A DNA stretch of 64,000 bases from Octopus sinensis (GCF_006345805.1 NC_043020.1:7502001-7566000), one strand, 5' to 3'. Numbered from the stretch's first letter, positions 1 through 13,299 are shown. Notes: a model not told the origin generated them from the sequence alone. Numbers and translations are program-made.

Positions 1-166
1 TTGATTACATTGACCCCAGTGCTCGATTGGTACTTATTTTATCAACCCTGAAAGGATAAAAAGTGAAGTCGACTCTGACAGAATTTGAACTCAGAATGTA
101 AAGATGGACAAAATGCTTCTAGGCATTTTGCCTGATGTGCTACTGATTTGGTCAGCTCACTGCCTT
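1..166 (-). mobile_element. SINE family A fragment (tRNA-like head)
   Basis: Reverse complement matches the family A copy at 25749-25980 (ggcgagctggcagaa...gagttcaaattc...ggggtcgat). Confidence 0.8.
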
Positions 167-307
167 GGATTAACAAGAAGCTTTCATGGAAGGTTTTAAT
201 TAGGATTACTTTAATCTTCTTGTTACCATATTTCTGTTGAAAAACACAGCCTTCATTTCAATTAATTTTGAAAATAATGAAAAATTTCCAACAAAACTTT
301 TATCCTT

Positions 308-1107
308 ATTAAACTGGTGTTTAGGGTGTTGAACTGGCAGAATTGTTAGCACGTTGAAGGGAATGCTTAGCGATATTTCGCCCACTGCTATGTCCCGAGT
401 TCAAATTCTGCTGAGGTCAACATTGCTTTTCTTCCTCTCGGGTTCCAGTTACATACTGTGGTCGATATAATCGACTAGACCCTCCCACCAAATTTCAGGC
501 CTTGTGCCTTTAGTAGAAAAGATTATTAAACTCGTGTTTAGGCTGGCAAGCTGGCAGAATTGTTAGCATGCTGAATGAAATGTTTAAAGGTATTTTGCCC
601 ACCGCTGTCCTGAATTCTAATTCTGCCGAGGTCAACGTTGCCTTTCTTCCTTTTGGAGGGTCAATGAAATAAGTACCAGTTATATACTGGGGTTGATATA
701 ATCGACTAGACCTTCCCACCAAATTTCAGGCCTTGTGCCTTTAGTAGAAAGGATCATTAAACTGGTGTTTAGGGTGGCAAGCTGGCAGAATCGTTAGCAC
801 ACTGAATGAAATGCTTAGCGATATTTCGCCCACTGCTATGTCCTGAGTTCAAATTCCGCTGAGGTCAACTTTGCCTTTCTTCCTCTTGGGGGTCAATGAA
901 ATAAACACCAGTTATGTACTGGGGTTGATATGATCAACTAGATCCTCCTACCACATTTCAGGCCTTGTGCCTTTAGTAGAAAGGATTATTAAACTGGTGT
1001 TTAGGGTTTAGGGTTATGGTGAGCTAGCGGAATCGTTAGAATACTGAATGAAATGCTTAAAGGTATTTCATCCATCACTACAGTCTGAGTTCAAATTCTG
1101 CTGAGGC
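308..1107 (+). repeat. Head-to-tail tandem array of SINE A-derived ~220-230 bp units
   Basis: Units start with attaaact(g/c)gtgtttagg at 308, 525, 756 and 988; each contains ctggcagaat..gttagca and gagttcaaattc. Confidence 0.85.
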
Positions 1108-1108
1108 C

Positions 1109-1146
<38 letters not shown>

Positions 1147-1312
1147 TAACACATTGAAAAATACCTTAGGAATAAGAACCCAGATTTGAAATTTCCCCCA
1201 AGATACCTGATGAAGTCTGGAAGATATATCAGCTGAAATGTTGTGTTAACAACATACAAGATGAGGACAAATATCCGTCAAATGTAAGAAGTAATGTAAA
1301 TAATGTTATTTC
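1108..1312 (+). mobile_element. Diverged copy of the hammerhead-bearing short element (family H body)
   Basis: (AAT)n, then gaaaaataccttaggaat, ctgatgaag...cagctgaaatgttgtgtt and gatgaggacaaatatccgtcaaatgtaa; homologous to 57205-57440. Confidence 0.8.
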
Positions 1313-1644
1313 TTCCTTGAGTTTAAGTTCAAATGCTGAGTCAGCAGAGAGGAGTTCCAACAAGATAAAATCTAGGTTTACATGCACAAGTCTCTGATAT
1401 CCAAATGGCTAAAATGTGTCAGCTGATGGGCACCCAGGAGTCATGACCTGGGTGTGGCCCAGCCCTTTTAGAGTGTAAGAAGTTTAGAACTGAAACACTT
1501 GCCTGAGTGAGCTTTCTTCTCTGGAAACCTTTTGTTGTTCAGCTCTCTCTCAAGAGTTTCTTACTACCACAAAACGTGCAGTGTTGATTATGCAGCTTAT
1601 TAAAGTCTTTGTTTTCCAAGCCCACACATACACACACACACACA

Positions 1645-1953
1645 CTCTCGAAAGAGCTGTTCTTCACTCCTGCTCCAGAGCGTCGGCTGCGGGGTCACTC
1701 CAAAAAGCTCTATCTGCGACGATTTCATCTCAATCGAAGGAGAGGGGCTTTCTCCATCCGGGTTGCGGATCCGTGGAATAGGCTGCCGGACGAGATAGTG
1801 AAGATGCCGACGACTGCTCGGTTCAAAGACTCTCTTGACCAGAAATGGCCCGAACTCTTTGCATGAACGCCCTCCCTGTACATAACTCCATGTCCCCCTA
1901 CATGGCCTTGCTTTTGCTTTTTGAGCCAAAAAATTAACTTAACTTAACTTAAC
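1645..1953 (+). mobile_element. 3' end of a CR1-clade LINE
   Basis: Translation RLRGHSKKL...FSIRVADPWNRLPDEIV...FKDSLD matches the CR1 ORF2 C-terminal motif; followed by a (TTAAC)n tail. Confidence 0.8.
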
Positions 1954-2540
1954 ACACACAAAGTACATGTCCATATTAAGAGCTGGTCATTAACTCTATA
2001 CCGATTGGTTTATTGCAAGGACACCTTTTATCGGCTTGTTAACCATTCGTGGTATGACGTCAAACAATTTGCTTGAAAAATACAACATTACTTTATGATA
2101 TCCTTGATAAATTTATAAGATTTTTCATTTATTGGCATGGGGAGAAATAGAACTGGTAAGTGATTAAATAATTAAAACTGATTGCTTATGTCTGTCTCGT
2201 TAGCTATTTCACGCTCCACTGACTAAATATGTTAACACTAACTTAACAGTTACTTAGCTATTTAACGCTCCAATGATTAAATATGTTAACAGTAACTTGG
2301 CTATTGTTTTCTCTGTGGTTGATGTCTCTAAATTTGTCTTGTTATTCCTGTAATGTTCTCCAGGTATTAGACGTATTAATGTTAATTAAGCTCTTGTTTT
2401 GTTTTTTTTTTGTTTCTTTTGTAATATGCTTGTTGTTCCTTGATTAATTCATACCACAGCAAAAGAATCGATTATCGATAATTAGATAATTAGTTCATTG
2501 GGTAAAAATCATGATAGCCATTTCAAAACATGCGTACATA

Positions 2541-2950
2541 GGCGCAGGAGTGGCTGTGTGGTAAGTAGCTTGCCTACCAACCACATGGTTCCGGGTTCAG
2601 TCCCACAGCGTGGCATCTTGGGCAAGTGTCTTCTGCTATAGCCCCGGGCCGACCAATGCCTTGTGAGTGGATTTGGTAGACGGAAACTGAAAGAAGCCTG
2701 TCGTATATATGTATATATATATGTATATGTATGTATGTGTTTGTGTGTCTGTGTTTGTACCCCTAGCATTGCTTGACAACCGATGCTGGTGTGTTTACAT
2801 CTCCGTCACTTAGCGGTTCGGCAAAAGAGACCGATAGAATAAGTACTGGGCTTACAAAGAATAAGTCCCGGGGTCGATTTGCTCGACTAAAGGCGGTGCT
2901 CCAGCATGGCCGCAGTCAAATGACTGAAACATGTAAAAGAGTAAAAGAGT
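2541..2950 (+). mobile_element. SINE family B, full length (CORE-like)
   Basis: A-box-like tggctgtgtgg, B-box-like gggttcagtccc, core-like cttgggcaagtg, internal (TA/TG)n and an (aaaagagt)n tail; more than 10 homologues in the window. Confidence 0.9.
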
Positions 2951-3403
2951 AATACATACATATATATACATCATTACTTTTATGTTTGTTTTATATTGTA
3001 AAGTTATGTAACATAATCTTCGTTTATTTTAGTCTCATACATACATAGATATAAAACAATATAAAACAGACATTAAATTAATGGTGTGTGCGTATTTATA
3101 TATATATATTTGTTGTGCAAGGTTTTTTATGTGAAATCGTTTGTTGAAACAGATATTGTTGTATTTTGGAATCGTCATTTTGCCAGTTTAGCCAGAAAGG
3201 AGAGACACACAAATAAGAAAGAGAAGCAAAGGACCACTGAGAGGTGACAGGAGTGTGGACGAAAGAAACTCTGGCGCGAACGAAATAAGATTAAGATTAA
3301 TGTGAAAGATAAATAACGCTGAAGCAAAGTAGTAACACCAATATATAGTGCGTGTGTTTTTATTGGCTAAACTGGCAAAATGACCATTCTGAAATAACAA
3401 CAC

Positions 3404-3464
<61 letters not shown>

Positions 3465-3622
3465 ATTTATAGGTATATATATATATGCTATGTTAAATAT
3501 ATTATACTAATATATCTGTTTTTTGTCTACGCCACTCGACTTCGTCTTGTTGTTTGTGAATTGTCCCTATATATATAAATAAATATATATATGTACGGAT
3601 AATAATATATTATATAGATATA

Positions 3623-3662
<40 letters not shown>

Positions 3663-3673
3663 TAGATATCCTA

Positions 3674-3720
<47 letters not shown>

Positions 3721-3842
3721 GTTATGAGAGTAATGGTGTCATTGAAACCCAAAAGTATCAGGTAATGTGATAAGTGCTGTAGATAGACCATAGTTAAGTT
3801 CCAAGTTCAGTGATTATGCGAATAAGGGGTTCAACGTTGTAA

Positions 3843-4035
3843 GACAGCAAGCTAGCAGAATCCTTAACACACTGAGCAAAACACTTCATGGTATTTCGTC
3901 TGATTTTATGTTCTCAGTTCAAATTCCACCAAGGTCAGCTTCGCTATTCATCAGTTCAGGATCAAGAAATTAAGGGTTAGGGTTGTAATCGACTTACTAC
4001 TCCACTACCCCGAGATTGCTGGCCTTGTGCCAATA
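3843..4035 (+). mobile_element. SINE family A, diverged
   Basis: cagcaagctagcagaat...cagttcaaattcc...ggccttgtgcc. Confidence 0.7.
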
Positions 4036-4459
4036 TTGGAAACTAATATTTGTCTCTCCTGAATTATTCTTTCTATGGATTTCATTGTACAATGTTCTAA
4101 TCAGGATGTTGTGTCTTCTGCATTGGTTATACTGCAATGATATTTTCACCAAACTGCTCGTGAGATGTGTAACATCCTCATCTCTATATGTGCGTGTGTG
4201 TGCGTGCGTGCGTGTGTGTGCGTGCGTGCGTGCGTGCACATGTGCATGTGTCTGTGTGGATATATAATTGCAAGCCTGCATGTTTTTATAAAAGACTGGA
4301 AATGAACGAGGTTGCTGTTGTGCAGTGTCAAGAGAAGGAGACACTCACACACACACACACACACACACCATCATCATCATCATTGCCATCATCATCATCA
4401 TCATCATCATCGTCATCGTAATTGTCATCCTTGTAATCATCATCATCATCTTTGTCATC

Positions 4460-4705
4460 GTCACTGTCATGGCTTTAAGGACCACATTTTCATGTTTGCA
4501 TGGGTCAGAGACGGAATTTACTGAGGCATATTTCCTACAGCTGGATGCCCTTCCTGTCACTAACCCTCACCTGTTTCCAAGCAAAGCAAAGTAATACTTC
4601 CTACTGACCAGACATGATTTTTCAATGGAAGATTAGAAATGAACAACACCACTTGTATGACAGTGACACTTGTTTACAACCACCACATGATGTCAAAACA
4701 AAGTG

Positions 4706-4736
<31 letters not shown>

Positions 4737-4845
4737 TACGCACACATGCACACACACACACACGAACAAATACTTATATATGATGAGCTTCTTTTGTTTC
4801 TGTCTACCAAATACTTTGGCTGACCCAGGGCTGTAGTAGAAGGCA
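4460..4845 (-). mobile_element. SINE B-headed variant with a ggaagggcatccagc tail (B2)
   Basis: Minus strand shows family B body sequence, then gacaggaagggcatccagctgtag and a (GAT)n tail; homologue at 24180-24640. Confidence 0.6.
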
Positions 4846-5389
4846 ATTACGTCTTTATATGCAGTAATCCCTTGACTATTACAGGTGTTATGTTCCAAAA
4901 CCCCTGCAATAGGTGAACCGTACTGTATATTTTTTTTATTCTTATAATTTGTATATATTTATTTTATTATAAATTCAAAACAAACGCTACAGAGGAATCG
5001 ACGTAAGCTCAAATAATAAACTACAATAGGTGAAACATGATATTGTGAGGAAGTACTCTGTGTGTGTATATAATATATATATATATATATATAATATATA
5101 TATATCTTGACCTTCGAAACGTGGAGTAGATGAAACAAAGGAGACTGAAGAAGGGGAATTTTCCTTGTTTTGTATGTCCTGTACTCTATTTTTTCGTTGT
5201 TTTAAAAAAATGTCCATTTCCTTGGTTTTGTGTTTATGTTTTCGTTTCTCGACGTTTTTTTGGTGTTTTGTACCCATATACGCATGTATATATACATGTA
5301 GAGGTAGGTACGAACATATATGTATGTATATATGCATATGTTTTATTTATTTATTAAGTTATTATATATATATATAATATATATATATA

Positions 5390-5785
5390 GGCGTAGGAGT
5401 GGGTGTGTGGTAAGTAGCTTACATACGAACCACATGGTTCCTGGTTCAGTCCCACTGCGTGACACCTTGGGCAAGTGTCTTCTACTATAGCCTTGGGCCG
5501 ACTAAAGCCTTATGAGTGGATTTGGTAGACGGAAACTGAAAGAAGCCCATCATATATATGTATATGTGTATATATGAGTGTGTGTGTTTGTGTCTGTTCC
5601 CCCCAATATCACTTGACAACCGATGCTGGTGTGTTTACGTCCCTGTAACTTAGTGGTTTGGCAAAAGAGACTGATAGAATAAGTACTTAGCTTACAAAGA
5701 ATAAGTCCTGGGGTCAATTCGCTTGACTAAAGGCGGTGCTCCATAATGACCACAGTCAAATGACTGAAACAAGTAAAAGAGTAAA
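5390..5785 (+). mobile_element. SINE family B
   Basis: Full-length match to 2541-2950. Confidence 0.9.
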
Positions 5786-5833
5786 TATATATACAATGAG
5801 TGTATGTGTGTGTGTGTGTGTTTATATGTATGT

Positions 5834-6203
5834 CTTTTCTTTTGCTTGTTTCAGTCATTAGACTGTGGCTATGCTGGGGCACCACCTTGAGGAACTTTTA
5901 GTCAAATGAATTGACTGAAGTGTTTATTTTTTTAAAGCCTGGTACATTTTCTATCACTCTTTTGTCCAACCACTAACTTATGGGGACATAACCACACCAA
6001 CACTGGTTGTCAAGTGGTGGTGGGACAGACACAAAGACCTGCGGGCACACACACACACACATGATGGGTGTCTTTAAGTTTCTGTCTTCAAAATTCACTT
6101 AGCTTTGGTCGTCCTAAGGTTATGGGTAGATGGCACTTGCCCAAGGTGCCACACAGTAGGACTGAACCTGGAACCATGACGTTGGGAAGCAAGCTGTTTA
6201 CCC
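5834..6203 (-). mobile_element. SINE family B (diverged)
   Basis: Reverse-complement match; tail-to-tail with the preceding copy. Confidence 0.8.
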
Positions 6204-7069
6204 CCAATTGGTGAACACTGTAGTCATTGATCCAATCACTATTTCATCACGTTTCCATGGTGTGAGGGACAAGGGAGTGTCTGTGACTTAGTGCAGAACT
6301 TACATATCAAAGGCCTTCATTTGAACAACTTCATCAGTCACCGAAATATGTTAATGAAAGATAAAATTAGATGGAGATGTTTTCATCTCTTTATTTAATA
6401 CGTCCTTAGTGAACAAGATAATTCCAGCTGTGACCATGTGTATCTAGGACTACACTGTCTAATGTGTCTTTTTTTAAGACTGTTGAGTGTGTGGTGTATG
6501 TGTGTCATTTGGTGTGATCGTGCTATGGTGTATGTGTTGTGTGTGTGTGTGTGTGTGTGTGTTCTGTATTGCATGTGTGTGTGCACTATGGTCTGTGTGT
6601 GTATGTGTGCTTGTGTGTGATGTGGTGTGGATGTGTTTGTATGTGCTGTGGTGTATGTGTGTGCTATGGTGTGTGTGTGTGCATGTGTGTGATATAATGT
6701 GGATGCATGTGTATGTGGTGTGTGTGTGTGTGTGTGTGTGGTTCAAGTGTCTTGGCTATTTTTAGCAGGTTGAATGACCGCATATAAGATATCTTTTGTT
6801 GTTGTTGTTAACATTTGTAATGTGTGGGGGGTAAGAGGCTTATGTGTGTGTGGGGGGGAGTGAGAAGCATAAAGTACTTGGAAATGGCACGAATTTATAG
6901 GGTGGAGAGATGAGATGTGGGTGTGGGTTTGTACAGAAGTGGATGTGTGTGTGTGCGTGTGTGTGTGCATGTGTAATATAATATATGTGTGTGTGAATGT
7001 ACATGTGCATGTAAGTGGGTGTGTGCGTATGTGAAGATATGTATGTGTGTATATGAATGTGAATGAATA

Positions 7070-7590
7070 TGGTGTAGCTGTGTGGTAAAGAGTTTGCTTC
7101 CCAGCCACATGGTTCCGGGTTCAGTCCCACTGCATGGCACCTTGGGCAAGTGTCTTCTACTATAGCCTCAAACTGACCAAAGTCTTGTCAGTATATTTGG
7201 TAGACAGAAACTGAAAGAAGCATGTTGTGTATGTATGTATATATATGTATATATATATATTATATATATAATATATATATATACACATACATACATATGT
7301 ATATATGTATATATATATATATAGATATATATATATATACACATACATACATATGTATATATGTATATGTTTATCTTTATGTGTGTGAGTGTTTGTCCCC
7401 TTGTCATCACCTTACAACTGATGCTGGTGTGTTTACATCCCTGTAACTTAGCAGTTTGGCAAAAGAGACTAACAGAATAAGTATTAGGCTTACAAAGAAT
7501 AAGCCAGGGGGTCGATTTCTTAGACTAAAAGGTGGGGTGCTCCAGCATGGCTGCAGTCAAATGGCTGAAACAAGTAAAAGAATAAAAGAT
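7070..7590 (+). mobile_element. SINE family B with an expanded internal microsatellite
   Basis: Head at 7070-7230, 3' half at 7380-7590. Confidence 0.85.
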
Positions 7591-7603
7591 ATATAATATA
7601 TAT

Positions 7604-7650
<47 letters not shown>

Positions 7651-7908
7651 ATTCCAACTTCCAAAATAAGAAGTTGGGAAAATGTTTTGGTATTATTTAT
7701 TACCATTACATATGTTTCATTTGCTAATAGGAGTTACAAATTGTTCATGTCATGTTAGATAAACATGTTAGAAATTCTTCAGATGGAAAATCATGTGCTC
7801 CAAGAGGACACAGTTTGGATTTTAACTACCTACACTAATATATATATAAAAATTATATATAATATATGCATATATACATACATATATGTACATACCTACA
7901 TATATATG

Positions 7909-7949
<41 letters not shown>

Positions 7950-7961
7950 CATACATATGTA

Positions 7962-8003
<42 letters not shown>

Positions 8004-8264
8004 CATACATATGTATATATGTATATGTTTATCTTTATGTGTGTGAGTGTTTGTCCCCTTGTCATCACCTTACAACTGATGCTGGTGTGTTTACATCCCT
8101 GTAACTTAGCAGTTTGGCAAAAGAGACTAACAGAATAAGTATTAGGCTTACAAAGAATAAGCCAGGGGGTCGATTTCTTAGACTAAAAGGTGGGGTGCTC
8201 CAGCATGGCTGCAGTCAAATGGCTGAAACAAGTAAAAGAATAAAAAGATATATAATATATATAT

Positions 8265-8311
<47 letters not shown>

Positions 8312-8560
8312 ATTCCAACTTCCAAAATAAGAAGTTGGGAAAATGTTTTGGTATTATTTATTACCATTACATATGTTTCATTTGCTAATAGGAGTTACAA
8401 ATTGTTCATGTCATGTTAGATAAACATGTTAGAAATTCTTCAGATGGAAAATCATGTGCTCCAAGAGGACACAGTTTGGATTTTAACTACCTACACTAAT
8501 ATATATATATATAATATATGCATATATACATACATATATGTACATACCTACATATATATG

Positions 8561-8619
<59 letters not shown>

Positions 8620-8631
8620 CATACATATGTA

Positions 8632-8673
<42 letters not shown>

Positions 8674-8917
8674 CATACATATGTATATATGTATATGTTT
8701 ATCTTTATGTGTGTGAGTGTTTGTCCCCTTGTCATCACCTTACAACTGATGCTGGTGTGTTTACATCCCTGTAACTTAGCAGTTTGGCAAAAGAGACTAA
8801 CAGAATAAGTATTAGGCTTACAAAGAATAAGCCAGGGGGTCGATTTCTTAGACTAAAAGGTGGGGTGCTCCAGCATGGCTGCAGTCAAATGGCTGAAACA
8901 AGTAAAAGAATAAAAAG

Positions 8918-8976
<59 letters not shown>

Positions 8977-9243
8977 ATTCCAACTTCCAAAATAAGAAGT
9001 TGGGAAAATGTTTTGGTATTATTTATTTACCATTACATATGTTTCATTTGCTAATAGGAGTTACAAATTGTTCATGTCATGTTAGATAAACATGTTAGAA
9101 ATTCTTCAGATGGAAAATCATGTGCTCCAAGAGGACACAGTTTGGATTTTAACTACCTACACTAAATATATATATATAAAAATTATATATAATATATGCA
9201 TATATACATACATATATGTACATACCTACATATATATGTATAT
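7240..9243. repeat. Tandem triplication of a ~660-bp unit
   Basis: gttagaaattcttcagatgg recurs near 7767, 8428 and 9094; the non-microsatellite parts are nearly identical. Confidence 0.95.
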
Positions 9244-9959
9244 AACGGGAAGCTTTATGAAAATAGACAAAAGACGAAGGCAGGTTTACGGAAATAAACA
9301 AAAGACGAAGGCAGGTGGAATACAAACAAACAATTGTAATGTATATATACATGCATATATGGGTACAGGACATAAAAAAAACGTTGAACACAATGAGAAA
9401 TGAAAACAGAAACGAAAACATAGAAAACGAACTTTTTCCTGAACAATGAAAAAAACAAACAGAAAAACAAGATATAGAACATAAAGAATATTCCCCTTCT
9501 TCAGTTGTCCCTGTTTTTACTACTCCACATTTCAAAGGCAAATATATATATAATGTTTAATGTACATGTATAGTTATGAGATGTTAATAGTTTCCTACAC
9601 TGAAGATATTTTCTCGGCAAGTTTTAAAACACACCTAGTGGTCTCCAAGTAATCTTCAGGCTCTAGATACATGGCCTTATATGCTAGTCATGTTTTAAAA
9701 CCTGCTTGGATAATATATCCATTGCATGAAACTATCAGTAACTCATAACTATATACGGTGTACAAGAAATGCTATTCATCTCTCACTAGATGGAGTACTT
9801 TTTTTATTGCTCTTACCTTAACTGAAAAGTAAGCTATATGTTAGAAAACAATGGCCAATTTTAAAAATAAGCCTACAGTCTTAAAAAACTGAACATATAC
9901 AAAAGTTTAATTATTCAAAATACGGTCCCTGAACTGTTAGGCCTTTCTCTCATTGATTA

Positions 9960-11342
9960 TTAATCAGGCCACTTATGCCTCTTCAATAAAGATTCAAAGG
10001 CTCTGATGCCAAGAAATCCTTGAATTCAGTTTTAACCTTAGTTTTGGAATGGAAGATTTTTTTTTGTCTTAAAAAGGTATCAAGATGCTTGAAAAATTAG
10101 TAGTTGGTGGGTGAAAGATCAGGAGAATATGGAGGTTGTGGTAAAGTCTTGTATCCCAAGTCTGCAAGCTTCTGCAATGTCATCCTGGAAATGTGCAGTC
10201 AAGCGTTTTTGTGGAGCAGAATGGAACCACATCGATTACCAAGTGCAGGTCTCATTTTGTTCAAGTGAAGATGCATTTCTTCCAGTCCCTTGCAGTAAAC
10301 ATCTGAAGTAATGCTCTGGTTTGGTACCAGAAAGCTGTAATGGATGACACCAATAGCAGACCTCCAGACAGTCACCATGATCTTCTGCTGATGCAGTTTC
10401 AGTTTCAGGAAATGTTTGGGTGCTTCATCAAAATCGAACCATTGACCTGATCCCTTACTATTGTCATAAAGGATCCACTTTTTGTCACAAGTCACTATTT
10501 GTTCAAGAAATGGATCATAAGTGTTTCACAAAGAGAACGTGAAACACACTTCAAAATGCTGAAGTCTTTGATTTTCATTGAGGTAATTTGAGACCCATTT
10601 ATTGAGTTTTTTCATTTTGCGGATCTTCTTCGGGTGATCTGATAATGTTGAAACATTGACACCAAGCGTATGAGACATTCCTCTGATACTTTGTCATGGG
10701 TTTTGTTTGACTGTTGTTTTCAGATGCTGATATCAAGGGTGGATGGATGTCCTCTACCTTCTTGATCTTCAAGGCTCTCAGCCCCACAATGGAATGTCTC
10801 AAACCGCTGTTGTACATCCGGTCACTAGTGGACCCTTCATTTCATGCCCTCTTGATGTTGGCAGCTGCTTGGGAAGCATTATGTCCAAGCTTGACTTCAT
10901 GTAAAAAAAGGAAACACATTTCTTCTTTTTTCTCATGTTTGACATTAAGGATTTCTACGCTTCAAAATTTATATTGCGAAAGAAATCAATAAAAAGAAGG
11001 TGGCAAGCTGGCAGAAACATTAGCACGCAGGGCGAAATGCTTAGCGGTATTTCGTCTGCCACTATGTTCTAAAGTTCAAATTCTGCCAAGTCAACTTTGC
11101 CTTTCATCCTTTCGGGGTCAATTAAATAAGTACCAGTTACGCATTGGGGTCGATATAATCGACTTAATCTGTTTGTCTATCCTTGTGGGCAATAAAGAAA
11201 TAAGAAATCAATAAAAATTTATTAAAGGGTATACATCAGTTATTGAACATGCAAAATTTCGTCTAAAACACTACAAAAATAACATCTTAAATTGAACTTG
11301 AAAAAATGTTTGCAAAAAATCAGTACTTTTCAAATAACCTAA
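9960..11342 (-). pseudogene. Degraded mariner-family transposon (transposase pseudogene, one TIR)
   Basis: Minus-strand VTCDKKWILYDN...KIMVTVW...ILLHKNA and a downstream PYSPDL motif; terminus tattaggttatttg at 11344; stops and frameshifts. Confidence 0.85.
10996..11201 (+). mobile_element. SINE family A inserted in the mariner element
   Basis: Flanked by the 16-bp TSD aagaaatcaataaaaa (10980-10995 and 11202-11217). Confidence 0.9.
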
Positions 11343-11750
11343 TACATACACATATACATACATACATACACATACATATATACAGACATACATACATACA
11401 TACACACAAACATACATACACACACATACATACATACGCGCACACACATACATATATGCACACACACATACATACACACACATACATACATACACGCACA
11501 CACATACATGCACACACACATACATACACGCACGTACATACATGCATACCTACATACAGATACATACATACACATACACACACATACATATACACACACA
11601 CATACATACACGCCCGTATACACACACATACATACTCAAACTTATATACACATACATATGCACACATATACACACATACACACACATACACACACATACA
11701 TACACACACACATACATACATGCATACACACATACATACACGCACGTTTT
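11343..11750. repeat. Compound (CA/TA)n microsatellite
   Basis: Direct reading. Confidence 0.95.
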
Positions 11751-11814
11751 TTTGTACATGCATTTTCAGCATTACTGATGTAGACTGGGTGACAGACTTT
11801 CAGAGAGGGAGAAA

Positions 11815-11850
<36 letters not shown>

Positions 11851-12336
11851 AGTGGGAAGGTGGGTAGCCAGGTGATGACTACGAGCTACAAAGTTTACCT
11901 TTAATTACCTCCCACTTATTTAATGGACTATTGTGGCATCGATTGGACGACACTTCATCAATACAGGTGCACTGGATTGATTGCTGCTGCTGCTGCTGCT
12001 GTTGTCATTGTTGTTGTTGGTGTTGTAGTTTGTGTCTGTGTTGTTGTTTTAGTTACCGGTTGTTGTTGTTATAGTCGTTGTTATTGTTTGTTGTTGTTGT
12101 TGTTACTGTATGTTGTTAAGAGTGAAAAGAAAACACAACTGCCGCCAGACCTCTTCTGACACTCTTACTGCAACTTACAATAATAATAATTATTATTTAT
12201 TGTTAATCAATTAATTGATGATGATGACGATGATAATGATGATGATGAATCTAATATAAGTACAAATGTCTGAAATTTTGACAGAAAAAAATGGTCAATT
12301 ATATCGATTCCAGTAACAGACTAATATTATTAATTA

Positions 12337-12376
<40 letters not shown>

Positions 12377-12632
12377 TAATACACACATTAATAATAATAT
12401 TAATAATAATAGTCAAGATTGTTTACCTTTGTGAAGAGTTATGTCAATCCTTTTTAAAATATAATGTGTGGTTAGGGAGCTTGCTTCCTAGCTACATGGT
12501 TTGGGTAGGTGTCTTCCACTATAGCCCCGAGCCGACCGGAGCTTTCTGATTGAATTCGGTAGATGGAAGTTACTGCCGTGTGTGTATGTGTGCGTATAGC
12601 TGCTCAGTGCCTCTCCGAAAGAGAGATAGAGG

Positions 12633-12667
<35 letters not shown>

Positions 12668-13299
12668 TTTCTGATAATGATACAAAGACCTGAAATTTTA
12701 GGGGAAGAAAATAGTGATGGTGATGATGATGATCGCAAGGGCTTGAAGAGATATGAAAAATAACAAACTTTCACTGGGGGGCGGGTCACAATGGAAGGAA
12801 AAAGTGACGTAAAAGTGACGCAAAAGTGAAAGGCAAGGTTACAAATAAGGAAATGTAAGAGAGGAAGTGAGAGATGTCATACAGTAAATGAATGGATTTA
12901 TTAAGATTCTAAAAGTACATAAAAGTGCATCAGCATAAATAAATGAAAGTAGGATAAATAACAGTAATTCAAACAGGATGTAATCGAAAGCAAATAAAAC
13001 ATTTAAGATGTCTGATTAGATTGGTTCAGGGCACTCCATGACACAGTCCATTAATTATTTCTCAAATTGTGTACAAGTGCAACCAAATGCACCAATAAGT
13101 ATTTTTTTTTTTTAGATATTTGGTGTTGTTAAAATAGTATTTCCCTCTTCAGGATATACTATTTTAAGTTTGTTGTAAAGTTTTGGTTTTATTTTTACCA
13201 ATAATCTATCTTTTGCATGTTGTTTAAATTCTGTTCTTAACTCTTCTTATGCCATTCTAACTTCTTTGAAAAGTTCATATCAGAATTAACTCTTTAACC

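Noticed and set aside
1000-1016. Telomere-like TTAGGG repeats (also at about 16205-16240 and 31288-31310)
   Set aside because: Only 2-3 copies, embedded in repeats; not an interstitial telomere array.
2020-2161. Possible exon ending at a perfect GTAAGT donor (2156-2161), with a TGACGTCA motif
   Set aside because: All three frames contain stops, the acceptor is weak and there is no other support.
12775-12840. GC box plus three aaaagtgacg/aaaagtgaaag repeats as a regulatory cluster
   Set aside because: A short local duplication explains it, and there is no independent support.
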